A stretch of DNA of 64,000 nt, from NCBI RefSeq assembly GCF_009914755.1, contig NC_060928.1; one strand, written 5' to 3'. This DNA is from the human T2T-CHM13v2.0 reference genome, Homo sapiens. The notes under the pieces are model-generated. The model saw only the letters and a list, made by a program, of their open reading frames with translations, was not told the DNA's origin and did no database searches. The position numbers and the translations under genes are program-made. Shown in pieces: positions 1-11,850 of this stretch; position 1 is the stretch's first letter, and the number at the start of each line of letters is the position of its first letter.

Positions 1-59
1 ATGCTTCTGTGGTGCTCTAGTGGAGACTGGGTGCCCGTTATGAGCTCTCTTTACCACAG

Positions 60-225
60 TACTTTTCCTACACAGCATTTTTTCCACAATGGTTATTATG
101 TAATTGTGTAATTATCTATTTAATGTCTGTTACCCAGGCTACACCTTAGTAGCTTCATGAAAACAAGGGCCATGTTTGCTTTTTTTTCTGCATGGGCTCC
201 ATAAGTATTTGCCAAATGAATAAAT
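60..225 (+). mobile_element. L2 LINE 3' end remnant
   Basis: L2-like 3' motifs ending ...ataagtatttgccaaatgaataaat. Confidence 0.5.
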
Positions 226-657
226 CTCGGGTGTATATGTTAACTTGTTTCCTATTATACAGGCACTTATCTGGCCCAAAGCTACTGAATTCCCACAGTG
301 TTGCTCTAAAAAGAAAGGTATACACCGGGCAAATATGGCTCAGCCCCATTTCAATATATATCTCAATGAGCCGAACAAACCGAATAAAGGATGTAAAAGC
401 CCTTTGTAAAGAGCAAAGCGTCATAGGAGAGCTGTAATTATGATCACTGTTACTATCATGATTATTCCGTGGACCAAGTACCCCGGCCAGGTAAGGGGAG
501 ATAACGGGGGAGGAGAGGCGGCAAAAAGGGATGAAAAGGATGGGGCGGCGAGGAAATGATGGGCAAGCAGAAAGGCGGGGAAAGCAGAAGGGGGACCAGA
601 CAAAAAGGGTGTAGGTGAGAGAAGGGGGCACTCCAGGCGGAGGCAGCCAGACCGTAC

Positions 658-842
658 CTTTTGATACACAGCCTGGACGGCAGGTAGGCCCGGTAGCCGT
701 CGGTGATGTACGGGTTGTCCTTGAGGGACCCGGGGATCTGCTCGTAGGTGTACAGGCGGATGCCACGGGGCACCAGGACCGGCCAGTACTGGTAGCTGCC
801 CAGCTCGATGTAATGCGCGCTCTTCAGCAGCTTCTGATGCAT
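658..842 (-). CDS. PAQR3: PAQR3 (progestin and adipoQ receptor family member 3 / RKTG), first coding exon, 61 codons + 2 nt
   Basis: Translation MHQKLLKSAHYIELGSYQYWPVLVPRGIRLYTYEQIPGSLKDNPYITDGYRAYLPSRLCIK matches the PAQR3 N-terminus. ATG at 842. Phase-2 donor AAAAG|GTACGG at 658/657, after which the ORF-track translation runs into intron. Lies in a CpG island. Confidence 0.96.
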
Positions 843-1055
843 CGTTCCCGGCCGCCGCCGCTCCCCGGCTCGGGAGCTCCCCCAGGTCCCGCCTCCCCGG
901 GGAGGGGGCTTCGCCGCTGGCGCCCCCGCCCCGGAGCCCGCGGACGCTGCGCGAGGTCCTACCGCGCTGCCGCTGCTGCCCAGGGCCCGGCTCTGCGCTC
1001 ACACCGGCCACTGCCGCCAGCGCCGCGGCGGACCCGGCAGCGTCGCAGCCTCCTC

Positions 1056-1063
1056 TGACGTCA
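1056..1063. promoter_or_regulatory. Palindromic cAMP response element (TGACGTCA)
   Basis: Exact full CRE about 215 bp upstream of the ATG, in the expected TSS region. Confidence 0.75.
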
Positions 1064-1077
1064 GCGCGCCGCGGCGG

Positions 1078-1086
1078 CCCCGCCCC
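1078..1086 (-). promoter_or_regulatory. GC box (Sp/KLF site)
   Basis: GGGGCGGGG on the minus strand, 15 bp from the CRE; a second GC box at ~923-932. Confidence 0.6.
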
Positions 1087-1554
1087 TCAGCCCTAGCTGG
1101 GAGGGGCAGGGTGCTGGGGCGCGCCCGGGTATGCTCGAGCGTGCGCTGGCGGCGGCCCGGGCTCCCGGGCGTCTCTCACGCTGTGTTTTGGCGGCGCCTG
1201 GGGTCTTCGTTTGCATATGAGAAGAGCCGAAAGCACAGAGCTACAGGCGAATACAAGTGGATTTTTTTTCTTTTTCTGTTTTTTTATTAGAAGTAATAGT
1301 TGCTGCATTTTGAAAAATCAAGAGGAAAAGAGTTAACAGGAAGAAAAGTTCGAGGTAATTACCGTTTAGTTTATGCTTGGAATTACACACACTTAGTGTC
1401 AGAAGGGACTTTGAGGATTTCTAAGCTGAAGTCAGCTCTTAGCACGATAATTGGAAAGAGAGGAAACCTGATGCACGTGGAACATACACCAGCATCGAGC
1501 ACATCCTGAGCCATAAAGGAAAGCCCCCGTGCATTCAAAACTCCGACCCCTTTC

Positions 1555-1775
1555 AGCGTTATGTTCTCTGATCACAGTAGAATTAAACTAGAGTAACAAG
1601 AAAACTAAAAGTCTCCACGTCTGGAATAGGAGCAATACACCAAATATTTCAAGGGCTGATGAAGAAATCACAATGGAAATGAGAATATCTACTTAACTGA
1701 ATAATATAGAACATATTAAAAAATCCTGTGGAGTGCGGCTATAGTAGCGTTTACAGGAAGTGTTGCAGCTTTGTT
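1555..1775 (+). mobile_element. Ancient L1M ORF2 fragment (end of endonuclease domain)
   Basis: ttctctgatcacagtagaattaaactaga encodes FSDHSRIKLE; gaagaaatcacaatggaaat encodes EEITME. Confidence 0.7.
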
Positions 1776-1961
1776 TCTGGCTATTTACTGTAATGCAAGT
1801 GTTTACTTATAATGGCAACAGGGCAAAACATCAGTTTGAGTACCGTATGTGTATAATAGAACGCTTAGTCCATTGTTTGGCATTGTAAGGGCAAGAAAAA
1901 TATCTTGTCCTCACTTATCACAAGGTTCACAGCTGACATTCCTATGAAAAAAATTAAGAGA

Positions 1962-2282
1962 AGCCAGGCGCAGGTGGCTCATGCCTGTAATCCCAACATT
2001 TTGGAAGGCCGAGGCAGGCGGATTGCTTATGCCCAGGAGTTGGAGACCAGCCTGGGTAACATAGTGAGACGCTGTCGCTACAAAAAAAACCAACCAAACA
2101 AACAAAAAACAAAAATTAGTCGGGTGTGGTGATGGGCGCCTGTAGTCCCAAACTATTCTGGGCTGAAGTGAGAGGGTTGCTTGAGCCTGGGAGGTCGAGG
2201 CTGCAGTGAGCCATGTTTGTGCCACTGCACTCCAGTCTGGGTGACAAAGCGAGACTTTGTCTCAAAAAATAAATAATAAAAA
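1962..2282 (+). mobile_element. AluJ
   Basis: Dimeric Alu with J-type positions (gattgcttatgcccaggagtt, gaggtcgaggctgcagtgagccatg) and A tail. Confidence 0.9.
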
Positions 2283-2630
2283 TTAACAAGAAAAGGGATA
2301 ATAAATTCATTTAACACAGTTTTATGTGACAGAGGAGTCTTCAGAAATGAAGACACAAAGACCCAGGAAAAAATGGGCTTTTTATGCTAAGTCTGATGAA
2401 AGGAGTGGATAGTTGTGGAGAAACATGATTGAAAGGGGGCATCATCTAATGATAATAAACTGAGGGGGGATCCTAGCTAGCAAGGCCAGTTCATTCAAAT
2501 TCTTGGCCTCAGAGTATGGGGCAGGAACTCTCTAGAATGAGGGTTTTATGACCTAGTTTCAGGTGAGGTAAGTCAGAACTCCTTTGTGACCACGGAAAGG
2601 CAGGGACAGTCAGAAAGTAACCTTACTAGA

Positions 2631-2937
2631 TTTTTTGTTGTTGTTGTTGTTGGGGGAAGACAGAGTCTCACTCTGAAGCCCAGGCTGGAGTGCAGTGGCA
2701 CAATCTCGGGTCACGCAATCTCCACCTCCCGGGTACAAGCAATTCTCCTGCCTCATCCTCCCGAGTAGCTGGGACTACAGGCACCCACCACCATGCCCGG
2801 CTAATTTTTGTACTTTTCGTAGAGATGGGGTTTCACCATGTTGGACAGGCTGCCCTTGAACTCCTGACCTCAAACAATATGCCTGCCTCAGCCTCCCAAA
2901 GTGCTGAGATTACAGGCGTGAGCCACCACGCCCGGCC
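2631..2937 (-). mobile_element. AluS
   Basis: Full Alu on the minus strand with (TTG)n tail; TSD ccttactag[a/g]tttt. Confidence 0.92.
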
Positions 2938-3202
2938 CCTTACTAGGTTTTATGGCTTCCTTTAGGGAGAGAAATTCTAGGTTGTAAGACCCACTTGGGA
3001 AGAACAGGAAAAGGAAGAAAGGAGGACGGAAAGAAGTTCAGAGAGACCTTAGTTTTGAGGCCTTCCCAGTCTCCTTTAAAGTACTCAGCATGTCAAAGCA
3101 CCACACTTTGGGGTGGGTGTGGTGTTCTGAACCCTGACAACATACAATAATCACTCATAATACCTATTATTATTATGCTAGTAATATTGGTTGATTTTTG
3201 AG

Positions 3203-3458
3203 AAGCAGTATGGCTTAGTGATTAAGATATTGGACTTTGAAGCCATTTACTTAAGTTCGAATTTGTGTTCAATCATTTACTAACTATTAATACATGTCCT
3301 AGTGCAGGTAACTTAACCTCTCTGAGCCTCAGTTTTCTTATTGGTAGAATAAGACTAATAACAGTACTTTGTGTTGTTGAGGATTAAATGACTAAATCCA
3401 TGTAACAGTCTTAGAAAAGTACCAGACATACTGTTAGCACTCAACAAATGTAAGCTAT
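3203..3458 (+). mobile_element. MIR SINE
   Basis: MIR core acttaacctctctgagcctcagtttt and 3' end gcactcaacaaatgtaagctat. Confidence 0.8.
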
Positions 3459-3974
3459 ATAGAGAGTTCAAGGAAAAATAATCAATAAAACTGGAAAGGT
3501 AAATTGAAATATATCCTAAGTGGACTTAAATGTCCTATGAAGTAAGTGAGACTTATTTTTTAAGTCATGGAGCTAAAAATAATGTTTGAGAACTTACTAC
3601 ATGCTCAGTACATTGTCTCTGCTGAAGGTTACTGTGTATAGAAATTCTCATTTCCTAGTGTAGGACGTTCATGCCTGAGAATGCCTACCTGCCACTCCTA
3701 CAGACCTCTTATAGGAGGTTCCTTCTGCACGTATTTCTTGCTGGTACCATATGATACTACCTTGAGTCTATTGCTGAACCAAAAGTAGATCAGTATTCCA
3801 TGACATTCGATGGCACAAATGTCCATTCAAGAACAATGGTAATTAGTTTGATCAATCAATTACTTCCTTAGGAATTTGACCTGGAGATGTGGGAAGAGAA
3901 TCCGTAGCCTGTTATTTGAAACAAAGTAGAAAGATGCCCAGAGATTATCAGACACAGAGAAAGTAGCTGAGTTA

Positions 3975-4280
<306 letters not shown>

Positions 4281-5076
4281 CTAAAAATGGGAACTGCTTT
4301 GGTCTTCAGCAGTGTACCCATGAAACCTTTTGCAAAATGACTTCTGGATTTATTTCAACAATTTATGGCCTTTTTCAGTTCTCCCTAGTCCATTTACATG
4401 ACTTAACTTTCCAGTTATGCACTCTAACAACAAGCACTAAAAAAACACTTATAAAATTCACAAACAAATATGAAAAGGTAGATATAGCAACAATCCATGC
4501 CTGAGTCCTAGAGTGAGAAAGAGATCTATAGGTAAAAAAACAAAATAATAGAAATGGAAAGAGCTCTTCTATTCAAATCTGTAAGACAATGGAAGCAGGA
4601 GCAACACTGCTTTGGGACACCTCTAACAGAGGGTAACACAAAGGTGAGAGGGCGCATTTCCCCACAGATAACAATGACATTGTGGCACTTTGAGGGCTCT
4701 GGCTGTTTAGTCATGGTGCTTAACAGAGATCTTCAGCAGCATGTCTGGTGGAAGAATAAAACTTGTTGATGCACTTGGTGAGGCACCAGCATCTGTGATA
4801 GGTGGAGATCGACAGCATCCAGCAGGAGACTTTGGTGCCTCTTGAAGTGGCAGGTTGGGGAACTGAACTGTCCAGTCAAAGATAATGGGAAAATGGTAGC
4901 ACCCTATCATGAACAACTGCGAGACAAATCCTGGATTTTAGAGATGCTTGAGGTGGTGTGGATGGGAATGGGATGCAGTTCTCAAGGAGCTGAAGTCCTG
5001 AATTTCCAAGTGGGAGCAGGAGCCTGGGGACAGGAGACATGGGGGCTGAATGGGGCCTTTGGGGTAAGACAGATCG

Positions 5077-5140
5077 CCTCCCCTCTCCTCCCCTCCCCTC
5101 CTTCCCTCCTTCCCTTCCTTCCTTCCTTCCTTGCCCTTTC
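5077..5140 (+). repeat. CT-rich polypyrimidine / (CCTT)n tract
   Basis: Seen directly. Confidence 0.85.
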
Positions 5141-5749
5141 TGCATTTGTTACAATTCAAACAGTGTTGGAGTGAGATTTGCAGGTATTGAGATGTCCACA
5201 ACACAGAACTTTACATTTACTGAATTCTGACAATGTGCCACACATTTTCCTATATGCTAACAGAGATGAATAAGACAAATTTTAGACAACAACCTTTGCA
5301 GATTTCAGCAGCACTAACATTTTGATCACTCTACCATTGAACTCTCTTTTCTGGACTTTTGGGACCACCCTCATCTGGACTCTTTTCCTTATCTTTCTGG
5401 CTTGTCTATAAAGTCCCAAGGGACTTTATAGCCACTGTTTCTCTGTCTGACCCTTCCGAATGTTTTCAGGATTCCTTCTTCAGTGTTGTAAATTCTATTT
5501 TTTCCCTTTATATTTCCATGGCTTCAGTTACTGTCTTTTTCAGGTTGGATCTCCTTTCTATGCATCTGGATTTGCATGTGGAGCCGGACATAGAAACCTG
5601 AAATATTACAAATGAACTGTTATATTTTCTCCTAAATCTATTTACATCCCTAAATCTCTATTTACTCAGCCTCTTAAGCCAAAAGTCTTGCAGTCATCTC
5701 TTCCCTTGGCACAATTTTATTAGTAACCTCCTTTGCTTCCTTCCCCATC

Positions 5750-6310
5750 ACTGCAACCAGTTCCTTGTCAATGATTTTTGACTCCCCTGCCTAATTAAGC
5801 TTGTCTGAAAAAACAAAGAAGCAGTTCATCAATTTAACTATGTCCTCTTTAATTCTACAACCATATTGCTAAAGAAAATGACAGGATGGCATGGATTGGT
5901 ATTTCTACAAGTTGTTTACAATCTCTACAGAACCTTCAACATCATTTGGATATTTTAAATGTTTACTTGACATTATATGTGCCCATCTCCCCTCTTCCTT
6001 AGCAAATCAGCTGTTTCCTATCTCACAGAGAAAATAGAGGTCATAGAGTAGGAACTCTCTCAGCTTTCTACTGCTAGCCTTCCACCTGTAAGTTCACTCA
6101 CAATTAAAGCCCATTCTTTGTTTCCTTTCCTCTGTCTCAATAGAAATGACTACTTTAACACCTCCTACTTAAGGTCAACCCTGCTGCCTATTTTCTGAAT
6201 CATGCTCCCCTTCGTTTCCTAATGGACCTTGCTCTGTCAATTATCCTTCTCTCAGATATGTCTCCAACCTTTCCTTCTCTATTTTTTTCCCCTTTGGTTC
6301 TTAAACATGT
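5750..6310 (+). mobile_element. L2 internal remnant, apparently continuing at ~9835-10030 after the L1
   Basis: Pyrimidine-rich L2-like motifs on both sides of the L1. Confidence 0.45.
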
Positions 6311-6322
6311 TGCAAACAAGCA

Positions 6323-6428
6323 TTTTTGAGTAAACAGACTATAGAATGAGAGAAAATATTTTGAGTAAACAGACTATAGAATGAGAGAAACAGACTATAG
6401 AATGAGAGAAAATATAGAATGAGAGAAA
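6323..6428 (+). repeat. Nested tandem repeat, 4 copies of TATAGAATGAGAGAAA
   Basis: Cores at 6340, 6375, 6396 and 6413. Confidence 0.9.
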
Positions 6429-7099
6429 AAAAACCTCTGTAATTTTTTTTAACATTTCAACTTTTATTATAGGTGAAAGGGTACCTGTGAAGGTTTCTTA
6501 CATGGGTAAACTGCATGACACTGAGGCTTCAGGCCATCCAGGCAATAAGCATAGAACCCAACAGGTGGTTCTTTGGCCCATGCCCCCCTCTCTCCCTCCT
6601 CGATCTAGTGATCCCCAGTGTCTCTTTTTCCCATTTTTACAATCACGTGGATTCAATGTTGAGCTCCCACTTGTGAGAACACGTGGTATTTGGTTTTCTG
6701 TTCTTGTGTTAGGTCAGGTCGCTTAGGATAATGATCTCCAGCTCCATCCATGTTCCTGCAAAGCGCTGAAAGAACGATTTTGTTCTTTTTTTTGGCTACT
6801 CAGTATTCTGTGGTGTATATGTACCACATTTTCTTTAGTCCATTGTTGATGGGTATTTAGGCTGATTTCATGTCCTTGCTATTGTGAATAGTGCTGCAAT
6901 GAACATACAGGTGCATGTGTCTTTATGACGGGATGAGTTATTTTCCTTTGAGTATATACCCAGTAGTGGGATTGCTGGGTCAGATGGTAGTTCTATTTTA
7001 GGTTTCTTGAGAAATCTCCAAACCACTTTCCACAGTGGCTGAACTAGTTTACATTCCCATCAACAATATATAAGCATTCCCATTTCTCCACAGTCTCAC

Positions 7100-7463
7100 T
7101 GTATTAGTCTGTTTTCACACTGCTATAAAGATACTACCTGAGACTGGGTAATTTATAAAGGAAAGAGGTTTAGTTGACTCACAGTTCCACATGGCTGGGA
7201 AGGCCTCGGGAAATTTACAATCATGGCAGAAGGCAAAGGAAAAGCAAGCACTTTCTTACATGGCAGTAGGAGAGAAAGAGCAGGCAGGGGAAACTGCCAC
7301 TTTTAAGCTATCAGATCTTCTGAGAACTCCCTTCCTATCATGAGAACAGCATGGGAGAACTGCTTCCATGATCCAGTCACCTCCCACAGGGTCCTTCCCT
7401 TGACATGAGGAGATTACAGTTTGAGATGAGATTTGGGTGGTGACACAGAGCCAAACCATATCA
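7100..7463 (-). mobile_element. THE1 (THE1D-like) MaLR solo LTR
   Basis: tgtattagtc...ccaaaccatatca, 364 bp; perfect 5-bp TSD ctcac (7095-7099, 7464-7468). Confidence 0.92.
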
Positions 7464-9450
7464 CTCACCCTCTGTTGCTTTTTGACTTTTAAATAATCGC
7501 CACCATTCTGACTGGTATGAGATGATATCTCATTGTGGTTTTGATTTGCATTTCTCTGATGAGTACTGATGTTGAGCATTTTTTCATATTTTTTTTGGCC
7601 ACTTGTGTGTCGTCTTTTGAGAAATGTCTGTTCATGTCCTTTGCCCATTTTTTAATTGGATTGTTTGGTTTTTGCTTGTTTATTTTTTTAAAGTTCCTTG
7701 TAGATTCTAGATATTAGTTCTTAGTCAGATACATAGTTTGCAAATATTTTCTTCCATTCTGTAGTCTGTTTATCTGTTGGTAATTCATTTTGCCGTGCAG
7801 AAGTTCTCTAATTAAGTCCCACTTGTCAGTTTTTGTTTTTGTCACAATTAACATAAATTCTTTGCCAAAGCCTATGTTGAGAAGGGTATTTCCTAGGTCT
7901 TTTTCCAGGCTTTTTGTAGTTTGAGGTCATACATTTAAATCTTTAATCTATCTCGAGACAATTTTCATATACGGTGAAAGGTAGGGGTCCAGTTTTATTC
8001 TTCTGCATATGGCTAGCCGCTTATCCCAGCACAATTCCCCATTGCTTGTTTTTGTTGATTTTTGTCTAAGATCAGATGGTTGTAGGTATGTGGGCTTATT
8101 TCTGGGTTCTCTATTCTGTTCACTGTTGTATGTGTCTGTTTTTATACCGTTACCCTGTTGTTTTGATTACTGTAGCCTTGTAGTATAGTTTGAAGTCAGA
8201 TAGTGGGATGTCTCTGAATATGTTCTTTTTGTTAGGATTGCTTTGGCTATTCGGGCTCTTTTTTGGTTCCAAATGAATTTTAGAATAGCTTTTTCTAAAT
8301 CTGTGAAAAATGACACTGGTATTTTGATAGGAATGGAGTTGAATCTGTAAATTGCTTTGGGTAGTATGGCCGTTTTAACTATATTGATTTTTCCAAGCCA
8401 TGAGCATGGAATATTTTATATTTCTTTGTATTGTTTCTGATTTATTTGAGCAGTGTTTTGTAGTTCTCATTATAGAGATCTTTCACTTCCTTTATTAGAT
8501 GGATTCTTAGGTATTTCATTTTCTTTGTGTCTATAGTAAATGAGATTGTGTTCTTAATTTGGTTCTCAGCTAGAACACTGTTGATGTAAAAATGCTACTG
8601 ATTTTTGTACTTTGATTTTGTATCCTGAAACTTTACTCAATTTGTTTATCAGATCCAGGAGCCTTTTGGCAGAATCTTTAGGGTTTTCTAGGTATAGGAT
8701 CATATTTTCGGCAAAGGGATAGTTTGACTTCTTCTTTTCCTATTTGGATGCCTTTTATTTCTTTCTCTTGTCTGATTTCCCTGGCTAGGACTTCCAGTAC
8801 TATATCGAATAGGAATGGTGAGAGTAGGCATCCTTGTCTTGTTTCACTTCTCAGTGGGAATGGTTCCCGTTTTTGGACTGTTCAGTATGATGTTGGCTGT
8901 AGGTTTATCATAGATAGCTCTTATTATGTGGATGTATGTTCCTTCAATGCCTAATCTGTTGAGGGTTTCTACCATGAAGGGATGCTGGATTTTATTGAAG
9001 GCTTTTCCTGCATCTATTGAGATGATCTTATGGTTTTCATTTTTGATTCTGTTTATCACATTTATTGATGTGAGTATGTTAAACCAACCTTGCATATCAG
9101 AAATAAAGCCTACTTGATCATAGCGAATTAACTTTTTAATGTGCTGCATTTGATTCAGTTTGCTAGTATTTTGTTGAGAATTTTTACATCTGGGTTCATC
9201 AGGGATATTGGCCTGAAGTTTTCATTTTTTGTTGTGTCTCTGCCACATTTTAGTATTAGTATGATGCTAGCTTTGTAGAATGAGTTAGAGAGAAGCTCCT
9301 CCTCCTTGATTTAAAAAAAAATTGTTTCAATAGGATTGGTGTCAGTTCTTCCTTATGTGTCTGGTAGAATTCAGCTGTGAATCCATGTAGTCCAGAGCTC
9401 TTTTTGGTTTGTAGGTTTTTAATTACAGATTCAATTTACAAATTTATTAT

Positions 9451-9526
9451 TGGTCTGTTCAGTTTTTCACTTTCTTCCTAATTCAGTCTGGTCTGTTCAG
9501 GTTTTTACTTTCTTCCTAATTCAATC
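9451..9526 (+). repeat. 38-bp tandem duplication inside the L1
   Basis: tggtctgttcag...tttcttcctaattca[g/a]tc x2. Confidence 0.85.
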
Positions 9527-10115
9527 TTTGGCATTGTGTGTTTCTAGGAATTTATCAATTTCCACTTGATTTTGTACTTTGTGTGCATAAAAGTGTTCAT
9601 AACAGTCTCTGAGAATCTTTTGTGTTTCTGTGCGATCAGTTGTAATGTCATCTTTGTCATTTCTGATCGTTCTGATTTGGATTTTCTCTTTTTTTTCTTT
9701 GTTAATCTGGCTAACAATCTACCAGTCTTGTTTATTATTTCTAAGAACCAACTCTTGGTTTCATTGATCTCTTATATGGACTTTTGGTTCTCAGTTTTAT
9801 TCACTTCTCTCTCTCTCTTTTTTTTGTATGTTATTCTAAAACTACAGATTTCTCTCCTTCCATTCTCAGCCATATTTCTAGAAACAGTCTACATTTATTG
9901 TCTCCATTTCTAACTTTCCTTTTGTTCGTTATCTCATGGCAATCTGACTTCTTACCCCTCTCTCTCCCCTGGCCTGTATGAAAACTGTAACATTGAATTT
10001 GCCACACTGCATGGGAACTGCCTGCTTTCTTATAGGTATTTACAACAAGATTTAATGTCTTTTAAGGAGTATTTATTCTATTTGTAGTACCAGTGCTTTA
10101 GGTGTGATATCTCTC

Positions 10116-10116
<1 letters not shown>

Positions 10117-10160
<44 letters not shown>
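10117..10160 (+). repeat. (TCTA)11 microsatellite
   Basis: Perfect tetranucleotide array adjoining an Alu tail. Confidence 0.95.
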
Positions 10161-10161
<1 letters not shown>

Positions 10162-10516
10162 TTTATTTTACTTTTTTGAGGTAGTGTCTCTGTTGCCCAG
10201 GCTGGAATGCAGTGGTGCAAACATGGCTCACTACAGCCTCAACCTCCTGGCCTCAAGCGATCCTCCTGCCTCCACTTCCTGAGTAACTTTGGTCACAGGT
10301 ATGTGCCAGCATGCCTGGCTAACTTTTTTTTGTATTTTTGTCTTATTTTTATTTCAGAGTTCCCCTCAAAAAATAACCTACTTTTTATTTTTTATTTTTT
10401 TTGTAGAGACACGGTTTCCCTATGTTGCCCAGGCTGGTCTTGAACTCCTGGTCTCAAGTGATCCTCCTGCCTTGGCAAAATGCTGGGATTACAGGTATGA
10501 GCCACCATGCTTGACC
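10161..10516 (-). mobile_element. AluJ with lengthened central linker
   Basis: J-type arms; extra sequence at ~10340-10400. Confidence 0.85.
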
Positions 10517-10519
10517 TCT

Positions 10520-11075
10520 TTTTTTTAATTAAACTTTTTATTTTGAGGTCATTGTAGACTCATATACAATTTTAAGAAATGACAGAGATCCCTTGTACCC
10601 TTTACTCAGTTTCCTCCAATAATAACATCTTGAAAAGCTATAGCACAATATTACAACCATGATATTGACACTGATAACAGTCAAGGTGCAGTATCATTCG
10701 CCACAAAGATCCATTACCACAAAGATCCCTTATGTTGTGGATTCAGCCACACATACTTTCTCCTGCCCACCCATTCCTTAACCCCTGATACCACTAATTT
10801 GTTCATTTCTATGATTTTGTTGTTTTGATAATGTTATATAAATGAAATCACACAGTATGTAACCTTTTGGGATTGGATATATCGCAGTTTGTTCAATCAT
10901 TTACCTGTTGAAGGACATCTGGGTTGTTTCCAGATTTGGGTTATTATACAGGTTTTTGTGAAAATCGAATTTTTCTTATCTCTGGGATAAATTCCCCAAA
11001 GTGCAATTGCTGGGTCACGGTCAGATGGTAGTTTCATGCTAGGGTTTACGATAAATACCCAACAGTTTTACAATA
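10520..11075 (-). mobile_element. L1MC-type 3' end
   Basis: ttttattttgaggtcattgtagactc...agagatcccttgtaccctttactcagtttcc resembles the L1MC1-2 3' UTR. Confidence 0.7.
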
Positions 11076-11639
11076 AATTTTCTATAAATAAAGAAGTGAA
11101 CAAATAATGTTATACCAAAATCTTTAGAATGAAGATTGGGCTTGAATAAATGTATTTTTACCATCTGCACAGACAATCCTATTAACTACAAAAATGACAT
11201 TCTAAATATTCTGAAACATAATACAAAGCAGAAATCAATAAAGCTTAAATGTGAGGGATAAGCTTATTCATTACTCTAGGAGTCAGGGTTTTTTAGCCTA
11301 AAATGTATTTATAGTAATAGTGAAGTCTGATTCACCAGAAATGATGTACAGACATTACACTATAATATTTAATCTCCAAATGGCTACACTTTGAAAATTA
11401 GATCTAAAACCCCCACAAATGATAAACATAACTTGATAATCAGTAATGTATATTAAATAAGTAACCACATGCTCTTTAAAGATGTTTTCCTGTTTTTATG
11501 GTGGTCCATTACAGTGTTCCATTTCAGGGTGCTCCATCAGAGTTCTTGCCTTGGGTTACATCATCTCATCCCAATGCCAAGCCCATCTTTTCATTTGAAA
11601 CTCACAGCCAGCACTTACAATAAGGGTCTTCATGTATCA

Positions 11640-11850
11640 TAGAAGGAACATGTGCTAGACCCAGATGGACGTGAGGCTGAATCTGAACAATATAACTTAC
11701 TGGCAAGTTATAGAATTTCTCTTGGTCTTGATTTTCTCATCTATTAGATGAGGATAAGTCTAAACAACCTAAATAACTTGACAGGGCTTAAAGTCACACG
11801 AAATAACATATACAAAGTACCTGGCACTGAAAAAGCATCAATAATATTCA
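11640..11850 (+). mobile_element. MIR
   Basis: Degenerate MIR core (ttttctcatctattagatgaggata) and 3' end. Confidence 0.55.

Larger units (their letters stand above)
640..1200 (-). promoter_or_regulatory. PAQR3: CpG island / PAQR3 promoter and 5' UTR
   Basis: Very GC- and CpG-rich compared with AT-rich, CpG-depleted flanks; spans exon 1; no TATA box seen. Confidence 0.92.
1884..3139 (-). mobile_element. ERV1-class solo LTR (MER31/MER67-like), split by two Alus
   Basis: TG...CA termini; end aaagtactcagcatgtcaaagcaccacactttggggt...gttctgaaccctgaca; imperfect 4-bp TSD gcat/acat. Confidence 0.65.
6443..9806 (-). mobile_element. 5'-truncated older primate L1 (L1PA13-16-like), interrupted by a THE1 LTR
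   Basis: Poly-T then L1 3' UTR; ORF2 RT remnants (8844-9149 [15 protein letters not shown]...[10 protein letters not shown]). Confidence 0.88.

Noticed and set aside
155-1058. Overlapping long ORFs (203, 196 and 147 aa) around PAQR3 exon 1
   Set aside because: Alternative frames of GC-rich island DNA with few stops; the 126-aa ORF is real only up to the donor at 658
6323-6428. CRISPR-like repeat array
   Set aside because: Eukaryotic context; the spacers are nested parts of the same unit and not unique; no cas genes
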